A stretch of DNA of 62,232 nucleotides from Acidimicrobiia bacterium (GTDB lineage: Bacteria > Actinomycetota > Acidimicrobiia > Spongiisociales > UBA11373), in contig JBBDMM010000006.1 in the NCBI GenBank assembly GCA_040878325.1, forward strand, positions 254,418 to 316,649. Reading direction: 5' to 3'. Numbering within the stretch: the stretch's first letter is position 1; each line of letters opens with the position of its first letter. This document shows, one piece after another, positions 57,135-62,232 of this stretch. The notes beneath the pieces were generated by a model that had not been told where the DNA came from, made no database searches, and saw nothing but the letters and a program-made list of their open reading frames with translations. The position numbers and the translations under genes are program-made.

Positions 57135-58406
57135 TCAGCCCTCGTAGGCGGTCAGTGCAGCGTCGATGATGTCGATTCCCTGGTCGAGTTCGGCCGCCGT
57201 CACGCACAGGGGCGGGATGAACCGAATCACGTTGCCGTTGGGTCCGCAGTCCAGGATCAGCAGGCCGTGCTCCCTGGTGTGCTTGGCGAGGAACGGGAAC
57301 GCGTCCGGGTCCGGGGTATTGGTGCCGGGCTTCACCAGCTCGACGCCGATCATCAGGCCGAGTCCACGGACGTCGCCGATGGTGCGATGCCGCTTCTTCA
57401 TCTCGTTGAATCGAGCGAAGGCGCGCTTGGAAAGCGCCGGCGTCTTCGGGATGAGCCCGGCGAGCACATCCATGTTGGCGGCGGCGGCGGCGCACGCCAC
57501 CGGATTGCCTCCGAACGTGGTGCCGTGCGAGCCGGGCGTCCATCTATCGAAGATCTCGCTCCGGGCACCGATGGCCGACAGCGGCAGTCCGTTGGCGATC
57601 GCTTTGCCCATCAGCAGCACGTCCGGCTCTACGCCGAAGTGCTCCGACGCGAACCATTTGGCGGTTCTCCCGAAACCGGTCTGGATCTCGTCGAAGACGA
57701 GGAGGATTCCATGCTCCTTCGCCAGCTCGGCGAGATGCTTCATGAAGCGCACCGGGGCCGGGTAGTAGCCGCCCTCACCCTGCACCGGTTCGATGAGGAA
57801 CGCCGCCACCTCCTTGGGGGTCACCTCGTGGGCGAACTTCATGTCCAGTTCACGGATGGCGTAGTCGGTGGCCTCGTCTTCGGTCATCCCCCAGCCAAAG
57901 GGATGGGGAAACGGGGTCACGAACACCGATGGCACCAGCGGGTGGTATCCCTCGCGGTACTTCGCCTTCGAGGTCGTGTAGGTGACGGAGCCCATGGTGC
58001 GTCCGTGGAATCCGCCGCGGAACACCACCACCCCCTGGCGGCCGGTGGTCTTGCGGGCGAGCTTGATGCCGGCTTCCACCGCCTCGGCCCCGGAGTTCAT
58101 GAAGAACAGCCGGTCGATCGAAGGAGGGGTGATCTCGAGCACCTTCTCGGCCGCCGTCACCAGCGAGTCGTAGCGGAACGCCCCGCCCGCGTGCCACACC
58201 TTGTCGAGTTGGTCCTTGGCGGCGGCGACCACCGCGGGGTGGTTGTGGCCGGAGTTGACGACGGAGATGCCGCAGGCGAAGTCGAGATACTTCTCACCTT
58301 CGACGTCGGTCACCCACGCGCCGTCTCCGGAGACGATCTCCAGGTCGGAGTCCCAGGTGATTACGGGGGCATAGACCTTCTCATGGCGCTGGACGAGGCT
58401 GTTCAT
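57135..58406 (-). CDS. Class III PLP aminotransferase (4-aminobutyrate/ornithine type)
   Basis: NSGAEAVE, FHGRT, EPVQGEGG, DEIQTGFGRT, GKAIANG, TTFGGNP. Confidence 0.9.
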   Translation of the reverse strand: MNSLVQRHEKVYAPVITWDSDLEIVSGDGAWVTDVEGEKYLDFACGISVVNSGHNHPAVVAAAKDQLDKVWHAGGAFRYDSLVTAAEKVLEITPPSIDRLFFMNSGAEAVEAGIKLARKTTGRQGVVVFRGGFHGRTMGSVTYTTSKAKYREGYHPLVPSVFVTPFPHPFGWGMTEDEATDYAIRELDMKFAHEVTPKEVAAFLIEPVQGEGGYYPAPVRFMKHLAELAKEHGILLVFDEIQTGFGRTAKWFASEHFGVEPDVLLMGKAIANGLPLSAIGARSEIFDRWTPGSHGTTFGGNPVACAAAAANMDVLAGLIPKTPALSKRAFARFNEMKKRHRTIGDVRGLGLMIGVELVKPGTNTPDPDAFPFLAKHTREHGLLILDCGPNGNVIRFIPPLCVTAAELDQGIDIIDAALTAYEG

Positions 58407-58592
58407 AGGGGCTCCTGTGGGGGTCGGCGACGGATGGACGCGGGTCAGGGAGCGCTCTAGGGAGAGGCGAAAAGGTGGCCCCGCTGGCTCCGCGGCGTCG
58501 TCGGCATGACACAATCATGCCACGCCGGGGGAGTCCGATGGGGCGAATCTCCCCGAAGCCCCGGACCGCCATCCTCGGGAGGAGTGATCAGA

Positions 58593-59078
58593 GTGCCGTC
58601 GTTCGATGTCGTATCCCAGGTCGATGTTCAGGAAGTGCGCAACGCCGTCGACCAGGCAGGGCGCGAGGTGGGGACGCGGTACGACTTCAAGGGGACCAGC
58701 ACCTCCGTGCATCTCACCGACGAAGGGATCGCCCTGGAGTCGTCGACGGAGGACCGCCTGAAGGCGGCCATCGAAGTGCTGAAGGAGCGCCTGGTCCACC
58801 GGAAGGTCTCACTGAAGTCGCTCGCCGGCGGAGTTCCTCAGCCCGCAGGAGGCGCCAGGTACAAGGCACTGTTCACCCTCAACAAGGGTCTCGACCAGGA
58901 AGCCGCCCGGGAGGTCTCCAAGAAGATCCGCGAGATGGCCGTCAAGGTCCAGGCCCAGATCAACGGCGACCTGGTCCGAGTCTCGGGCAAGAAGCGCGAC
59001 GACCTCCAGGAAGTCATCGCCGAGCTACGCACCCTCGACTACCGCCTCCCCCTGCAATACGTGAATTTCAGGGAGTGA
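58593..59078 (+). CDS. yajQ: YajQ family nucleotide/c-di-GMP-binding protein
   Basis: PSFDVVS, RYDFKG, VRVSGKKRDDLQ, PLQYVNFR. Confidence 0.95.
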   Translation: MPSFDVVSQVDVQEVRNAVDQAGREVGTRYDFKGTSTSVHLTDEGIALESSTEDRLKAAIEVLKERLVHRKVSLKSLAGGVPQPAGGARYKALFTLNKGLDQEAAREVSKKIREMAVKVQAQINGDLVRVSGKKRDDLQEVIAELRTLDYRLPLQYVNFRE

Positions 59079-59101
59079 GTCGGCCGGCTCCGCCGGCCTC
59101 C

Positions 59102-59173
59102 TGCAATGCGCGATGCGCAATGAGCGACGCGAGATACGCAACACGCGCCGCGCATCGCGCATCGCGCATTGCG
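59102..59173. repeat. Inverted pair of heptamer arrays (GCGCRAT / ATYGCGC)
   Basis: CAATGCG CGATGCG CAATGAG ... CGCATCG CGCATCG CGCATTG. Confidence 0.8.
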
Positions 59174-59197
59174 GTTGACCCGCCCAGGCCCGCCGCC

Positions 59198-59893
59198 CTA
59201 CTTCAGCGCTATCCACGTCTGTTTCGCGTACGCCATGGTGCGTCCCCGGGCGTCGGCGATGGCGGTGCCGGCGTAGGCCTTGCGGCCTTCGATCCCCATT
59301 TGCCATCCATAGGAGACGAGGGTGGCACCGACCGGAATGGGGGTCACGATCCTGGCCGTCATCCGGCCGAGCACCACCGGGTCCGACGTGAGTTCCCGCA
59401 TCGTCGCCCATGCTCCGGGGCAGTCGAGGGCAGCCCAGACGACCTCCGGAGCGAGGTGATCATCGAGCGAGGGAAGCGACTCGGCGGCGGTCCACGGCGA
59501 TGCGACCAATCCGGTGCCGAACACCGGGCCAGGATGCACCCGCAGTCCGTCGTCACGCTCCGTGCCGCATGTGAAGCATGTCGGGAACTCGTGCTGCTGG
59601 TAGCCGAGGTAGCGCTCGCGGGCGGTTTCGGCTTGCTCGAGAGAGGGCGAAGTGGGTATGTCGAGTTCGATCGTCACCGGCCGCACCTCGGCAACCAGGG
59701 TGTCCCCGTCGTGGACGGCGACCTTCCCGTCGTCGGCCCTCACTGTCATGGGCGTGTCGAGCGGTGGCGGTGAGCGCAGGGTCACCTCGGCATCCCCGGG
59801 ATACTGCGAGGCAAATTGGGCGGCGAACAACCCGGCGCTATATCCGCCGTTTCCCGACCCCGGGGGGCCGTTGAACCGGGCGGGGATGATCAC
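59198..59893 (-). CDS. Double hotdog-fold thioesterase-like protein
   Basis: [33 protein letters not shown] overlap with the ATPase stop. Confidence 0.8.
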   Translation of the reverse strand: MIIPARFNGPPGSGNGGYSAGLFAAQFASQYPGDAEVTLRSPPPLDTPMTVRADDGKVAVHDGDTLVAEVRPVTIELDIPTSPSLEQAETARERYLGYQQHEFPTCFTCGTERDDGLRVHPGPVFGTGLVASPWTAAESLPSLDDHLAPEVVWAALDCPGAWATMRELTSDPVVLGRMTARIVTPIPVGATLVSYGWQMGIEGRKAYAGTAIADARGRTMAYAKQTWIALK

Positions 59894-60630
59894 AGCACCC
59901 GGCTGAGGAATTCGCGGCACCTTTCGTTCTGCGGGTCGCGGAACACGTCGGCAGGAATTCCCTCCTCGAGGATGAGGCCCTCGTCCATGAACAGCAGCCG
60001 GCTGCCGACCTCGCGAGCGAAGCCCATCTCGTGGGTGACCACGACCATGGTCATGCCCTCCGAGGCGAGTTGCTTCATCACGGTGAGGACTTCGCCGACG
60101 AGTTCCGGGTCGAGGGCGGAAGTCACCTCGTCGAACAGCATCACCTTGGGCTTCATCGCCAGTGATCTCGCGATGGCGACCCGCTGCTGCTGTCCGCCCG
60201 ACAACTCCGATGGGTAGGCGTTCTCCTTCTCGGGGATGCCGACGTGCCCCAATTGCTCACGACCGCGAGCAGTCGCCTCCTCCGGAGGCAGGCCGAGAAC
60301 CTTCAACAGTGCCAGGGTCACGTTCTCCAGCGCGGTGAGATGGGGGAAGAGGTTGAACTGCTGGAACACCATCCCCATATGGGTGCGGGCTTCGTTCAAG
60401 TCCGTGCGGATGTCGGTCAGCTCCACCCCGTCGAAGAACACCTTGCCCTCTGTCGGCTGCTCGAGCATGTTGACGGTGCGCAGCAAAGTCGATTTCCCCG
60501 AACCCGACGGCCCGATCAGCAGCACCACCTCACCGGGCACCAGCTTCAGGTCGATTCCCCGCAGGACATGGTGATTGCCAAACCACTTGTGGATCCCCTC
60601 GAGCCGCACGAGAGAGCCGTCGGAGTTCAT
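59890..60630 (-). CDS. Polar amino acid ABC transporter ATP-binding protein
   Basis: [44 protein letters not shown]. Confidence 0.93.
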   Translation of the reverse strand: MNSDGSLVRLEGIHKWFGNHHVLRGIDLKLVPGEVVLLIGPSGSGKSTLLRTVNMLEQPTEGKVFFDGVELTDIRTDLNEARTHMGMVFQQFNLFPHLTALENVTLALLKVLGLPPEEATARGREQLGHVGIPEKENAYPSELSGGQQQRVAIARSLAMKPKVMLFDEVTSALDPELVGEVLTVMKQLASEGMTMVVVTHEMGFAREVGSRLLFMDEGLILEEGIPADVFRDPQNERCREFLSRVL

Positions 60631-60678
60631 GGAAGGGAGGATACGGGATGCCGGCCCGAGGCCGGCACCCCGCATCCT

Positions 60679-60766
60679 CGCGATACGCAATTCGCGATAC
60701 GCGATACGAAGGAACGCGGACCTCCGCTCCGAGCGCGTTCTTGCGAATTGCGAATTGCGAATTGCG
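60679..60766. repeat. Inverted pair of heptamer arrays (CGCRATW / AATTGCG) around a CTCCGCTCCGAGC motif
   Basis: CGCGATA CGCAATT CGCGATA CGCGATA ... TCTTGCG AATTGCG x3. Confidence 0.85.
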
Positions 60767-60797
60767 GGTTGATGGATGACGGCGAAGACGTCATCCA

Positions 60798-62114
60798 TCA
60801 ACCAATCACACTCGTCAGCCCGCTTCGCAGGCGGCGCTCGACCAGCGTCACGACCCGGATCATCGGCAGCGTGATGATCAGGTATCCGGCTGCCGAGCCG
60901 AGCCAGGCGGTCGCGTCGAAGGTGGAGGCGTAGAGGCCGCGCCCGACTCCGAGCAGCTCCCTCTCGGCGATGGTCAGACCGAGGACGAACACCAACGAGG
61001 TGTCCTTGATCAGGATCACGAACTCGTTGAGTAGCGGCGGGATCACCCGGCGGATCGCCTGGGGGACGATCACGTACCGCATCGACTGCGGATAGGTGAG
61101 GCCGAGGGAGCGAGCCGCCTCGATCTGACCGCGCTCGAGGGATTGGATTCCGGCGCGGTACACCTCTGCCGAGTAGGCGGCGAGGTTGAGCCCGAGTACC
61201 AAAACCGCCACCGTGTACGCCTTCAGCGGCAGGCCCAGCGCCGGCACCACAGCGATGCCGGCGAAGGCAATCTGCCAGATGAGCGGCGTGCCGCGGAAGA
61301 AGTTGATGTAGATGCGGGCCGGGGCGCGCACCACCGGTCGCTTCGACATCGTGAACAGGGCGATCACCAACCCGAAGCCGAAACCGATTGCGGCGCCAGC
61401 CAGCGACAGCTTGAGGGTGTTCATTGCCCCCGAGGCAAACGATCCCACCGCGGCAGTTCCGAGGGTGCTCCACAGGGCTCCGAATCCGGCGCCGGCAAGC
61501 GCGGCCCACAGGACGGTCCGCGCCGGCGCCTTGCGCAACCGGACCCAGATCGCGGCGAGTCCTGCGGCGATCGTCCCCCACAGAAGCGCCAGCCCCACGA
61601 TCGCCCCGATGGAGTCGGCGATTGCCGACCAGGCGAATCCGACTTCCTCGCCGATCGTGTTGAAGTTGAGGAAGTTGCGAGCGAATCGGTCGACATCGGT
61701 GCCCCTGAACCAGAGAATCAACACTGCGATGCCGATCACCTGGACCGCCAGCCACGCCCCCGAGATGGCCGCGTCACGCGCCGGGCGGGTGGGCATCCGG
61801 CGGTAGCTGCCGAATCCCGCCGCGACGATGCCCACGGCGGCGACGAGCGAGATCTGGGACACCAGGGCGAATCCGTTCGAACTGATCCCTTCGGCGAGCG
61901 GGTCGGACGGAGAGCACACCAGACGGGTCACGTCCGGCGGGCAAGGCTGGGTCCAGCCGTGGGCGGTGAGCACCGCCAGCGAGCCGGCGATGACGAATAG
62001 CAAAGCGCCGGAGCCGGCTAGAAGCACGGCCGCCGACCAGCGAGTCTGGTTCCGTAAGTAGTAGCGCAGCCCGCGATCGGGCGGCGCCATGGCGTCGGCG
62101 GTCAAGGCGACCAT
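60798..62114 (-). CDS. Polar amino acid ABC transporter permease with extended N-terminal TM region
   Basis: [37 protein letters not shown] before ATG 62114. Confidence 0.88.
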   Translation of the reverse strand: MVALTADAMAPPDRGLRYYLRNQTRWSAAVLLAGSGALLFVIAGSLAVLTAHGWTQPCPPDVTRLVCSPSDPLAEGISSNGFALVSQISLVAAVGIVAAGFGSYRRMPTRPARDAAISGAWLAVQVIGIAVLILWFRGTDVDRFARNFLNFNTIGEEVGFAWSAIADSIGAIVGLALLWGTIAAGLAAIWVRLRKAPARTVLWAALAGAGFGALWSTLGTAAVGSFASGAMNTLKLSLAGAAIGFGFGLVIALFTMSKRPVVRAPARIYINFFRGTPLIWQIAFAGIAVVPALGLPLKAYTVAVLVLGLNLAAYSAEVYRAGIQSLERGQIEAARSLGLTYPQSMRYVIVPQAIRRVIPPLLNEFVILIKDTSLVFVLGLTIAERELLGVGRGLYASTFDATAWLGSAAGYLIITLPMIRVVTLVERRLRSGLTSVIG

Positions 62115-62232
62115 CTCTGTCCTCCGTCCATCGAATTCCCCGGAGGTTATAGAGTCGGCCGGCGTCTCCCCCCGGCTTCCTGTCAAGACCGGGGACATGG
62201 TTGACAATCGTGCGGGGAGATCCTTGACACTT

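Overview
High-GC actinobacterial chromosome segment. Gene content (WhiB, F420-dependent PPOX protein, class F sortase, ask-asd, glpX) and many leaderless-type promoters fit Actinomycetota, probably Acidimicrobiia (inference). One 10-N assembly gap. Mostly housekeeping and metabolic genes: dnaX-recR, ask-asd, glpX, thiolase/mce, phnDCEE-type ABC transporter, dGTPase, copA/copZ, Mrp/IscA, cystathionine beta-synthase and gamma-synthase/lyase, lnt, suhB, carbamate kinase, yajQ, plus tRNA-Arg(ACG), tRNA-Pro(CGG) and one complete IS481. Features the ORF track misses: (1) selA-selB plus an Rdx selenoprotein read through UGA (CAVU) with a SECIS-like hairpin; (2) a dense intergenic repeat system of 7-nt-period arrays with about ten different unit sequences, often in inverted pairs, mixed with a 25-bp GAGCGAAGCGAG motif and GC-rich REP-like palindromes; (3) a 33-bp duplication of the tRNA-Arg 3' end enclosing only 102 bp; (4) an ice-binding protein plus sortase F cassette between short direct repeats; (5) deletion relics: a frameshifted amidohydrolase joined to a metallothionein-like peptide, and an internally deleted NUDIX gene. 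All product calls come from motif recognition, not database searches.
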